A stretch of 64,000 bases of DNA from Okamejei kenojei (lineage: Eukaryota), in NCBI GenBank assembly GCA_035221665.1, contig CM069147.1, forward strand, positions 19,964,001 to 20,028,000, written 5' to 3'. The notes under the pieces were generated by a model, which was not told where the DNA came from, searched no databases, and saw only the letters and a program-made list of their open reading frames with translations. Shown here one piece after another: positions 1 through 10,522 of the stretch. Numbering within the stretch: the stretch's first letter is position 1; the number at the start of each line of letters is the position of its first letter. A program made the translations under genes and the position numbers.

Positions 1-664
1 ATCTCATTTACATTTTTAAAAACTCACTGTCCCCGATAAAAGCACGCTGCCAGACAGGAACTGGGCCCAGCTCCTCCCTCTGCTCAGACTTTCAGTTATT
101 TAAAAATGGCGAGCGTGCGAAGCCGCGGGAAGGGGAGAGGGAATGAGAGGGAGAGGCAACCAGCCACGGGAGGGGGGAGGGAGAGGCAACCAGCCATGGG
201 AGGGGGAAGGGAGAGGGATAAGCCTCCCTGCGTGCCCGGAGCAGCTGCCCCCGGACCCCGCACCGGCTCGAACCACAGCAAACGGCCCTGAGCACGGCTG
301 GACACAGGCACGGACACGGACTGGACACGGACTGGGCCCGGAGCCGCGCTGATTGGGGTAGGGAGGGGAGAGGGGTTACGGACAATGTTAACAAATACAG
401 GACTCCCAGTCCAATGAGAGATTAGTAACATTGTTGTAAGGAGAGGGAGGGAGTGGGGTAGGGAACGAGGAGAGGATTGTTGTTTAATGTTATTTAAACG
501 GATAGAGAGGGGGGTTGGAAGTGGAGAGGGGTTATGGAGGGAGGGAGAGGGAAAGGAGAGGGAGGGAGAGATGGAGGGAGTGGGGGAGGGGATGAGAGGA
601 GGGGAAAGAAGGAGGGTGAAGAGGGGGAAGGGGTGCTGGGGGATGAGGGGAAATGAGTCGCACC
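1..664 (+). mobile_element. GA-rich non-autonomous element body (probably same family as 1560-1961; Helitron-like), cut off by a CR1 fragment
   Basis: Ends in GGGGAAATGAGTCGCA, matching GGGGAAATGAGCCACGCA at ~1603 of the next copy; internal GA-rich tandem units. Confidence 0.4.
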
Positions 665-1376
665 TCATTCTGAGGAAAGACATTCTAGCCATAGAGGGGG
701 TACAGAGAGGGTTCACCAGACTGATTCCTGGGATGTCAGGATTTCCGTATGAGGAAAGACTGGATAGACTTGGCTTGTACTCGCTAGAATTTAGAAGATA
801 GAAACATAGAAAATAGGTGCAGGAGGAGGCCATTTGGCCCTTCGTGCCAGCACAGCCATTCAATATGATCATGGCTGATCGTCTACTATCAATAACCCGT
901 GCCTGCCTTTTCCCCATATCCCTTGACTCCACTAGCCCAGAGAGCTCTATCCAACTCTCTCTAAAATCCATCTTAAAGATTGAGGGGAGATCTTATAGAA
1001 ACTTACAAAATTCTTAAGGGGTTGGACAGGCTAGATGCAGGAAGATTGTTCCTGATGTTGGGGAGGTCCAGAACAAGGGGTCACAGTTTAAGGATAAGGG
1101 GGATTTCCTTTAGGACCGAGATGAGGAAAACATTTTTCACACAGAGAGTGGCGAGTCTCTGGAATTCTCTGCCACAGAAGGTAGTTGAGGCCAGTTCATT
1201 GGCTATATTTAAGAGGGCGTTAGATGTGGCCCTTGTGGCTAAAGGGATCAGGGGGTATGGAGAGAAGGCAGGTGCAGGATACTGAGTTGAATGATCAGCC
1301 ATGATCATATTGAATGGCGGTGCAGACTCAAAGGGCCGAATGGCCTACTCCTGCACCTATTTTCTATGTTTCTATG
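665..1376 (+). mobile_element. CR1 LINE 3' fragment, with an antisense CR1 3' end nested at ~798-970
   Basis: ORF pieces KDILAIEGVQRGFTRLIPG..ERLDRLGLYSLEFRR and RGDLIETYKILKG..FFTQRV..LWNSLP are the CR1 ORF2 C-terminus; (TTTCTATG)n tail at ~1360-1376. Confidence 0.9.
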
Positions 1377-1559
1377 TAATTTGGATGTTATATTTTATAA
1401 GTTATTCACATTTTTAACTTTACAAAATCCCACTTTGAGAAAAATGTATTTGATCTGCACTGGCAGTTACAGCTATGACGTCACAATGGGATTGTAGCCC
1501 TGCATGCTACAATGTTGCAATCCCAGGACACTGAGTCCTTGCAGCCCTAGCAAGTGCAA

Positions 1560-1961
1560 TCTAAAATTGTTTAAAAAGTTTAAAATGAGGGAGGGTGAAT
1601 AAGGGGAAATGAGCCACGCATGCAGTGGAGGGGCTATGGGTGAGTGGTGGAATATTGTGTTGGGGGAACGGGTTGCGTTGGGGGAACGGATGAGTGGTGG
1701 AATATTGCATTGGGAAATGGGTTGCGTTGGGGGACTAGGCCTCCTGTGGAGGCTATGGGCGAGTGGTCGAATATTGCGTTAGGGGAACGGGTTGCATTGG
1801 GGAACGGGTGACAGGTGGAATATTGCGCTGGGGAGCGGGTTGCATTGGGGAATCAAGCCTCCCATGGGGGCCATGGGTGAGTGGTGGAATATTGCGTTGG
1901 AGAAAAGGGTTGAGTTGGGGGACCGCGTGACAGGGATCCAACGTGTCCCACTTGGTTTAGT
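1560..1961 (+). mobile_element. Helitron-like non-autonomous element, 3' part
   Basis: Tandem GGTGAGTGGTGGAATATTGCGTTGGGGGAACG units; degenerate terminal hairpin (1933-1949) followed by TTAG-T, homologous to the intact end at 27711-27740. Confidence 0.5.
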
Positions 1962-2912
1962 TTATTAATAATAATAATTTGGGTGTAGAGTGCATAATGT
2001 CCACATTTGCAAATGTCACAAAGCTTAAGGCTAGTGAAAGGAAAGAGGAAGATATAAACAGGATGGCAGAGTTGGCAGAGAGGACCGATGAAATCTAACA
2101 AGATATGGGATGTGTTCCATTTTATTCAGAATAACAAGAGGAAGCAATGTAAATAGAAGGCACAATTAAAAAATGGGTACAAAAGATGTCTACAAGTATG
2201 TTTATTCTTTACATTGAAATTAGCAGACAGTTCACCTACATTTTGATTTCTCGTAAAGATGGAAAGTCCATAGGCAAGGAACTGAAATTCACAAAATACT
2301 CATTTGGGCACATCTTAAGCATGATATCCAGTTCTGTGTGCCACATTTTAGGAAATGTGTAAAGGCTTTAGAGATTGTGGTGGACAAATTTACTAAAACT
2401 CCAGGGATGACGAACTGTGGATTAAAGCTGGAGTTCTTCTACTTGAAGGAGAGGAAATTGTGAAGAGGTCTGAGAATGGTATTTCAAATCATGAAGGTTA
2501 CAACAAAAGCCGACGGAGAGAAAATGTTACCATTGGCAGAAAAGTCAAGAAATGGAATGGAGACGAAAAAACCGATGATGCTGGAATATTTATCAAAACC
2601 TCAGTCAAAAGGAGGCGCCCAACTCAAAATGCTGCCTGTTTATTCCCTCCCCAGACACTGCCTGATTGGCTGATTTCCTTCAGCACTTTGATTACAATGG
2701 AGATAACTTACAAAACAATAAAAAATGACAAAGCTAAACATATTTACAAAGCAGATGGTTATGGTCTGAAATGAATCGTCCATCGTAGAAATAGCTGCTG
2801 ATTTAACTATAGCATTCAAAGGGGAGTTTTAAAAAGTATCTCAAAGGAAAATTCTGCAGGATGTGATGACTGGATTGCTCTTAAATCCATTCCTCGCATC
2901 CTGCAGTTTTCA

Positions 2913-4625
2913 ATAGACAATAGACAATAGGTGCAGGAGTAGGCCATTTGGCCCTTCGAGCCAGCACCACCATTCAATCTGATCATGGCTGATCATCCAT
3001 AATCAGTACCCCGCTCCTGCCTTCTCCCCATATCCCCTGACTCCGCTATTTTTAAGAGCCCTATCTAGCTCTCTCTTGAAAGTATCCAGAGAACCTGCCT
3101 CCACCGCCCTCTGAGGCAGAGAATTCCACAGACTCACCACTCTCTGTGAGAAAAAGTATTTCCTCGTCTCCGTTCTAAATGGCTTACTCCTTATTCTTAA
3201 ACTGTGTCCCCTGGTTCTGGACTCCCCCAACATCGGGAACATGTTTCCTGCCTCTAGTGTGTCCAAGCCCTTAACAATCTTATGTTTCAATGAGATTTCC
3301 TCTCATCCTCTGAACTCCAGAGCGCACAAGCACAGCTGCTCCATTCTCTCAGCATATGACAGTCCAGCCATCCTGTGAATTAACCTTGTGAACATACACT
3401 GCACTCCCTCAATAGCAAGAATGTCCTTCCTCAAATTAGGGGACCAAAACTGCACACAATACTCCAGGTGTGGTCTCACTAGGGCTCTGTATAACTGCAG
3501 AAGGACCTGTTTGCTCCTATATTCGATTCCTCTTGTTATAAAGGCCAACATGCCATTCAATTTCTTCACTGGCCTGCTGTACCTGCATGCTTTCTTTCAT
3601 AGACTGATGTACAAAGACCCCCAGATCTTGTTGTACGTCCCCATTTCCCAACTTGACGCCATTGAGATAGTAATCTGCCTTCCTGTTTTTGCTACCAAAG
3701 TGGATAACCTCACGTTTATCCGCATTAAACTTAATCTGCCATGCATCTGCCCACTCACGCAACCTGTCCAAGTCACCCTGCATTCTCATTGCAAACTCCT
3801 CACAGTTCACACTGCCACCCAGCTTTGTGTCATCAGCAAATTTGCTAATGTTATTTTGAATCCCTTCATCCAAATCATTGATGTATATTGTGATATACCC
3901 AGCACCAAGCCTTGCAGTACCCCACTAGTCACTGCCTGCAATTCTGAAAGGGACCCGTTAATCCCTACTCTTTGTTTCCAGTCTGCCGACCACTTCTCTA
4001 TCCATGTCAGCACTCTACCCCCAATACCATGTGCCCTAATTTTGCCCAATAATCCCCTATGTGGGACCTTATCAAATGCTTTCTGAAAGTCCAGGTACAC
4101 TACATCCACTGGCTCTCCCTTGTCCATTTTCCTAGTTACATCTTCAAAAAATTCCAGAAGATTAGTCAAGCATGATTTCCCCTTCATAAATCCATGCCGA
4201 CTCGGACCGATCCTGTTACTGCAATTTCTTCTTTTATAATTGTGGCTATCTCATCTTTTATAATTGACTCCAGCATCTTCCCCCACCACCGATGTCAGGC
4301 TAACTGGTCTATAATTCCCCCTTTTCTCTCTCCCGCCTTTCTTAAAAAGTGGGATAACATTAGCTACCCTCCAATCCGCAGGAACTGATCCCGAGTCTAT
4401 AGAGCATTGGAAAATTCTCACCAATGCATCCACGATTTCTTGAGCCACATCCTTAAGTACCCTGGGATGCAGAGCATCAGACCCTGGGGATTTATCAGCC
4501 TTCAGTCCCATCAGTCTATCCAACACCATTTCCTGCCTAATGTGGATTTCCTTCAGTTCCTCTGTCACCCCAGATCCTTTGGCCACTACTATATCAGGAA
4601 GATTGTTTGTGTCCTCCTTAGTGAA
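2913..4625 (-). mobile_element. CR1 LINE, 5'-truncated, frameshifted RT
   Basis: YLDFQKAFDKVPH, KFADDTKLGG, RPHLEYCVQFWSP motifs across ORFs 3003-4586; (TCTATTG)n tail. Confidence 0.93.
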
Positions 4626-4699
4626 GCTTTTAGATGCTCCAGTATTGGATCTAATAGGCTAAATGGACTCCTTCCATGTTGTGTGACCATTCTGTGATT

Positions 4700-4935
4700 T
4701 CAGTTCAGAGCTAAACACACATTGGCAAGACTCAGTGGGGGAAGCCAATTTCTTTCCTTGAGGCACATTGGTAAATATGGAGGATTTTTAACAATTCAAT
4801 ATTTTCATTGTTACGAAAATTCCAAATGACTTAATTAATTGAATCTAACTGCCCAATCGCTGTGGTGGAGATGAACTTGTGATTTAGATAATTCGGCTAC
4901 GTTTTTAGATTACTGGAATGGTAGTTTATCACTAA
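4700..4935 (-). mobile_element. Ancient tRNA/Deu-type SINE remnant
   Basis: Reverse complement resembles the SINE copies at ~55000 and 58720/60410 (CCAGTAATC...TCCACCAC...TTCAATTAATTAA). Confidence 0.45.
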
Positions 4936-5989
4936 TTAAATATCTCAAACTTGTGCCCACATTCCCCAATTCATGTGCATGTTTGCTCTTCCATGGAACA
5001 TAATTCTTGACCTGATCTTAGGCTCAACTGCCTACTTCTTACTTCCTCCCATAACCATCAATACTGCCACAGTCCCAATTTCTACCTATCTATCTATCTA
5101 CCCACCTACCTCCTTCATGTTACAAGCACCGAGCTGTGAAAGAGTTGAAGATAGGAGGAAGAGCATGTGATGAACCTTTTCGTCTGTGCTTCATCCCTAA
5201 AGTTCCTGGTGGCAAAGATAATTTAATAAAACATCCAAGACTCCAAATATCCCAAGATACTGAGATAAAGCTACATTTTAGAAAGAGTGTACTGGTTATC
5301 GGGCTGTAACCAAGGATGTTAAACGTCAGTTGGCAGACTTTAGAAAAGTTAGAGATGTTCATATTGTGTAAGAAAACGAGCTGGAGATTTATAACATCCA
5401 CAGGGATTTTCTTTCGCACTCCAGAAAATCCAGCATCTCGAAAAGCTGGTGGAAATTTAGTTCAGGGGTAATTTTAAAATAAATTTGAAACAGTACTTGA
5501 AGATAAATTTACTGCAAAGCATGAGCACGCAGCCAAGAAAATTGGCTCTTTCAAAGAAGCAGTAAGATGTAGGTCAGTTCTTCTTACTTGCAATTTTTCT
5601 TGTGATTCTCAAGAATTACCCTGATTGTCATAAAAAATCATCATAGTGAGACTTTTGCTTCTGCTGAGAAGGAAACATAAATTATCAATGGTTTATAATA
5701 TTCTTTTATCATCAAAATGATCAATAATTATTAGTTTTCCAAAAAAATTAATAGTTTATTAAATGCATGTTATCAACATGATCAATAATAATTAACAGAG
5801 GCCAAAGTTTCAGAATAAAAGGATGTACCCTTAGAAAGGAAATGAAAAGGAATTTATTTAGACTTGATGGACCGAATGGCCTTATTCTGTTCTTAGAATT
5901 TATGAACTTATAATAAGCGAGTTTTGTATTCCGACTGTGCATGCGCAGGTCATAGGTCACTAGCTATAAACATCTCAGAAACGGTGGTG

Positions 5990-6844
5990 CTGCATCGTGT
6001 CCTGGTCGGAAAGAGAATCTGCGGATGGGCTCCTGCCGGCCAAGGGCAGGCCGGGTGCCCGCTGGAGCTACTGGTGCTGTTTTTGGTGCTGGCGGCAGCA
6101 GCAATCTCCTCCCCCTCCCTTTCCCAGACTCTAGCCCAGAGTCCGGGCCAGTTCCAACTCCAGGTTGGGGCGGAAGGCCGCCTGTAGCATGGCCCAGTTG
6201 AGCGCCGGGCCGGAGGAGGCGAAGCCCAGGCTGGCTCTCTGACGCAGGCGAGGCCAGGGCCCCTTGCTCTTCCTCGGGGTTGTGGATGAAGTGGTAGCGG
6301 GTACCGTAGGGACAGAAGCCAATGGTGTGCAAGGTACGTCTTGAGCTTGGGGTGGCGGCTGAGGGAGCGCAGCTCGGCCAGGCTGTGGGCGAACTGTCAC
6401 TTGCCGCCGTAGCGGTCCATCAGGGAGAGGGTTCCTCTAGAGTTGGAGCGGGGTTGCGCTGGAGTTGGCACTGGCTGTGGGTCTGCGGGTTCCCCATGCT
6501 GGCTGTGGGTTTGTGGGTTCTCCGTGCTGGCTGCGGGCCTGGGACCGCTGGTGTCTTCGGACGGGGCTGTCGTTTGGCCCGGTGGGAGAGGCGAAGGAGA
6601 GTTGGGGTTGGCACTTCTCCACGCTGGCGGTGGGCCTGGGAGCTGGTGTCCCGTCGGTCCGGACATCTCCAGCCGCCCCCCGGGCAGGGATGGAACACTC
6701 GAGTGGGGGGGGGGGGGAACTGGGGACGGTCCAGTGGGGATTCGACAGCGCTTGCGGCGCCAGCGACACGGGTTAGATCCTGGCTGCAGATGAGGCGCGG
6801 TTCTGCTGATGCGAGCCAGTCCAGTCTCCCCCCTCCTCCTCCCA
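5990..6844 (-). pseudogene. ZFP36/TIS11-family (ZFP36L1-like) tandem CCCH zinc-finger pseudogene fragment
   Basis: Minus strand reads RYGGK*QFAHSLAELRSLSRHPKLKT-(frameshift)-TLHTIGFCPYGTRYHFIHNPEE, then PRLRQRASLGF and SPSADSLSDQD in other frames. Lesions: Cys->TGA at 6397-6399, ~11-nt deletion of ELCR, Cys->Tyr. Polypyrimidine/CAG acceptor at 6845-6868. Confidence 0.85.
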
Positions 6845-7336
6845 CTGAAAAAAGAGGAAAAAAAAAATTGGACCCAGTCTCCCACAGAAAAAAGAGAAAA
6901 AAAAATCAGACCAAAACTATACTCACTGAATCTACAATGCTTTGTTCGATTTTCATTTATAGCATTCGACCTTTGACAAATTCCATGATTCCTTGCGTTT
7001 TTCAGAATGCCGAACACGCATATTAGAAGGAATTTCCCAAGCAAAAAAAGTTTATTTGTATGCGCATTTTCAGGAAGATTTAGCCAAACTTTCCTGTTGA
7101 TAGAGATTGCAAGAGACTACAGATGCTGGAATCTGGAGCAAAACACAAAGTGCTACAGTACAAGACCCAGTTTGTCAGCCAGCTTTCTGATCAATCTGAA
7201 GAAAGTCTCAGGACCTCGTCTGTCCATTCCCTCCCCAGATGCTCCCGAGTTCCCCTAGCACGTATGTGTTTTGCTCCTGTTGGGAAGGGAGCGTTTCCGT
7301 TGGAGTACTCTTTGCCGGAGCACTGCTCACACCAGT

Positions 7337-8875
7337 TAGGTATGTTACAAAACTTACCTTTAGCGGTGCTGCAGTTCTGTCACTGGCCGTGTGCACGACT
7401 TTGGCGCCTTTAAAAGGGGGGGGCGGGGTTAAAACGCGGTTTTTCCCTTCCCACCGGAGTTATATTTTCTCGGAGTGCGTGCTATTTCTGGAGATTCATT
7501 CCGACTGCCAGTAAGTTCATTTTTTTAATTAATTTTTTTAAATCGCCCGACTATTTCAACGCTGCAGTAAAATAAAAATTAGCTCCTAATGCCATGAACG
7601 CCGACAACGGGGACGGATTTTACGTAGGGGACAGGTAAGTGAAAGCTGTTTATTTTTTCAAATAAACATTTGTTTAGATGACTTTAATCAATATTTCATG
7701 TTGGGAAACGGTGATTTGTTCCCCATATGAACCGGCAGAGATTTTCCTGCCGATATTGGGTTTAAATTCACCGCAACCGCAACGTTCCAATACATCATGT
7801 TCCAGAAAATCCCACTCACAAGCTGTTTAAAATGCCCATTAATTTATGGGCATTAAACACTAAATTCCTTCAATTTGGCCTATAAATTCATAACAATTAA
7901 AAATCATGTTATATTGTGAATTCTTGTGTGAATGTTATTTGGACACTTAGGCTTTAAAAAAAATGTTAATATTTTCTTAAGAAATGGATAGATGTTTAGA
8001 TCTAGTAATTGAATTTTGTAATTAGCTACAATTGGGTAACTAACTAATTATATGCTTTAATTTCCCCTCCCATTCCGTATCCGACCTCTCAGTCCTGGGC
8101 CTCCTCCGTGGCTAGAGTGAGCAACACCGGGAGGAACAGCACCTCATATTCCGCTTGGGGAGTCTGCATCCTTTAGGCTTGAACATTGAATTTTCTCAAT
8201 TCTGTTAACCCTTGCTGTTTCCTCCCCTTCCCACCTCTCCCTCAGCCCTCGGGCCCTGGCATTCCCTCTGTCTCTCTATCTCCCTCCCCCACCCTAGTCG
8301 CACCAGCTTCTCATTTTCACACCACAAACAGCTTACAATGGCTTGTTCCCTTTATCATTGATACTTTTTTGCATATCTTTCATTCATTGTTCTTTATCTC
8401 TCCACATCACCGTTATATATCTCTCGTTTCCCTGATCCCTGACCAGTCTGAAGAAGGGTCTCGACCTGAAACGTCGCCTATCTCCTTCGCTCCTTAGATG
8501 CTGCTGCTGAGTTTCTCCAGCCTTTATACCCTAAGCCTGTATACAGCCTTACACAGCCTGTGTACCCTAAGATTGTTTCATATTAGTTTCAGAATGCTTC
8601 AATCTACAATAACTGAAAATGTCTTTCAGTTCTCTTAATTTTTAAGAAAGTTACAGGCTTTTGACTGTCCTCGATCACAACTTTTGTGTTAAGTCAATGG
8701 AAAGGCAGTGGGGAACAAGATGCTAATTTCCGAGTATGAAAATGGCCATAACATTTTTAATACTGAAGATATGAAAGTGAATTAGGTGTCAAATTAAACT
8801 TCTTTGTATGCTTTATCTGATGGGATAAATTGCAGACTTGATTTTTTCAAATCTCAAAATTGTGTAACATTGCTA
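7337..8875. mobile_element. Non-autonomous TIR DNA transposon (superfamily unresolved)
   Basis: Imperfect TIRs TAGGTATGTTACAAAA / TAGCAATGTTACACAA (13/16); flanking duplication CACCAGT at 7330-7336 and 8876-8882. Confidence 0.7.
8064..8525 (+). mobile_element. Penelope-like element 3' fragment nested in the DNA transposon
   Basis: Encodes EEQHLIFRLGSLHPLGLNIEF (end of the GIY-YIG region); closely similar to the reverse complement of ~59120-59590; hammerhead-like core at 8448-8475. Confidence 0.85.
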
Positions 8876-8954
8876 CACCAGTGATCACTGATCCAATGGA
8901 CGGAGCGGCAACCATCGGGTGGGTCGTGACTACCGAGACTGCGCGGGCACTCAC

Positions 8955-9112
8955 CACATCTTCCTGCGCATCTCCTCCACCAGGTCCTCATAGAATTTTG
9001 ACCGATCGGGATTGTGAGTCCTGATCGCAATGTTTGAGAATTTGGAAGTCTCTCTTCTCTTCGGTTTTGGAGACGCGCCGGGGGTCGGCGTTTTCTTGCT
9101 GTCGTCGCCCAT
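8955..9112 (-). CDS. Putative first coding exon of an unidentified gene divergent from GINS3 (MGDDSKKTPTPGASPKPKRRETSKFSNIAIRTHNPDRSKFYEDLVEEMRRKM, phase 2)
   Basis: Strong Kozak AAAATGG with in-frame upstream TAG; consensus donor TG/GTGAGT at 8954-8949; unique CpG-rich sequence next to promoter motifs; too short for the ORF track. Confidence 0.6.
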
Positions 9113-9949
9113 TTTCCAGTCCCTTGCTGTCCTTCGCTAACGCTCCGCACCTCCACCCTCGTCTCCTTTTCAAACTCTAACGGCCCGCCCGCCTCGAGCT
9201 GGAGGCACGTGCGCTCATTGCGGCGCCAACGACATCGGTCCTATTGCGTCACCGGGTTACACCAGCCGCATGCGTTGATGCGGATGCTGGTTCACAGCGA
9301 AGATAGACGCAAAAAGCTGGAGTAACTCAGCGGGACAGGGAGCGTGTCTGGCGAGAAGGAATGGGTGACGTTCCGGGCGGAGACCCTTCTTCAGACCAGC
9401 TGGTGTCCACTGGCGAGCAGATGACATGTAACAACAATAATCCGAGTATGAAGACTAACCTAAACGAGGTAGAATGTATCAACCCCCTGTAAAAGGTCTG
9501 TCTGATTCAGTCTGAAGAAGGGTCTCGACCCGAAACGTCACCCATTCCTCCCATCCAGAGCTGCTGCCTGTCCCGTTGAGTTACTCGTTGAATTTTGAGT
9601 TTTGAATTTACTCGTTGAACTTGTTCCGTTGAGTTACTACCGTTGTATTTTGTGTCTACATCACCTGCATGTTTCGTGAGAATGAGTGCATATAAAGGAA
9701 TGAGAACTGTCTGATAATAATAGGCTACATTTTTCAAATGACATTTTGGAAGCTAATCTTCCGAGATATTCGCAAATTTATGTAGTCAATGTGACTGCGT
9801 AAATCGATCGCTCGGCATCTTTGTTTGTTACCGTCCGTTGCGGTATCGATATTCGACTGCTTCTGCCTCGCGGCCTGGGCGCGACGTTTAAGCGGCGGCG
9901 AGTCCGCTTCTGGTGGCTCGAGTTGCGGTTCGTAATTGCTCGCAGATCA
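9113..9949. promoter_or_regulatory. CpG-rich bidirectional promoter region (GINS3 / divergent exon)
   Basis: High CpG; GC box CCCGCCC ~9184; E-box CACGTG 9206-9211; TGCGTCA and CGCATGCG motifs; lies between two divergent ATGs. Confidence 0.6.
9300..9660. mobile_element. Two inverted Penelope terminal (pLTR) remnants inside the promoter
   Basis: 9300-9397 (-) and 9508-9660 (+) are reverse-complementary copies of CTGAAGAAGGGTCTCGACCCGAAACGTCACCCATTCC...GAGTTACTC. Confidence 0.75.
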
Positions 9950-10120
9950 ATGCTGCGGTCCGAATCGTATATCGTGGTGCCTCCGGGGGGGCTTGAAGAA
10001 AATTTCCTCAGCCTGGATGACATCCTGATGACTCAGGAGAAGATCCCTTGTCGGACTGAGATCGCGCTGCCGCGCCTTGGCTTCCTGGACAAGGGAAGTG
10101 AGGCCGATCTCATCTCCGAG
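9950..10120 (+). CDS. GINS3: GINS complex subunit 3 (PSF3), coding exon 1
   Basis: MLRSESYIVVPPGGLEENFLSLDDILMTQEKIPCRTEIALPRLGFL matches vertebrate PSF3 N-terminus; donor GAG/GTAAGA; 171 nt, phase 0. Confidence 0.96.
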
Positions 10121-10522
10121 GTAAGAGAGCGGGCCTACCGCTGCAAGGCGTGCGTACACTTGCTGGTCAGGGAATCGTGCTTGGCATTCGTGCAAGAGTT
10201 GTCCCGGACACACTATGGTTGGATGGACATTTTATTTAGGAATCGTTTAATTAGAGAGATATTTTAATGAGATGCATTGGTATATCATGGGACCTATGGG
10301 TACCAAAACATAAGCATACTTACAGGGGTGTGATACATTTTACTTTGTGTTAGTCTTCATACTGTTACATCTGCTCGCCAGGGGACACCTGCCGATTTGT
10401 TTTACCCTTAACAGTTTATTCATGAACTAAAAATATCCATAAACATAGATTTTAAAATGCTGCAAATCCGAAATGAAACAGAAAATGTTAAATTGCAAGT
10501 GAAGCACCATCCCTGAGAAGAG

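Noticed and set aside
92-971. Long ORFs in GA/CT-rich tracts (also 17371-17930, 19116-20053)
   Set aside because: Low-complexity, stop-poor sequence fused to CR1 pieces; no protein signal
9821-9949. N-terminal extension of GINS3 in the ORF track
   Set aside because: Starts at a non-ATG codon; PSF3 homology begins at the ATG at 9950
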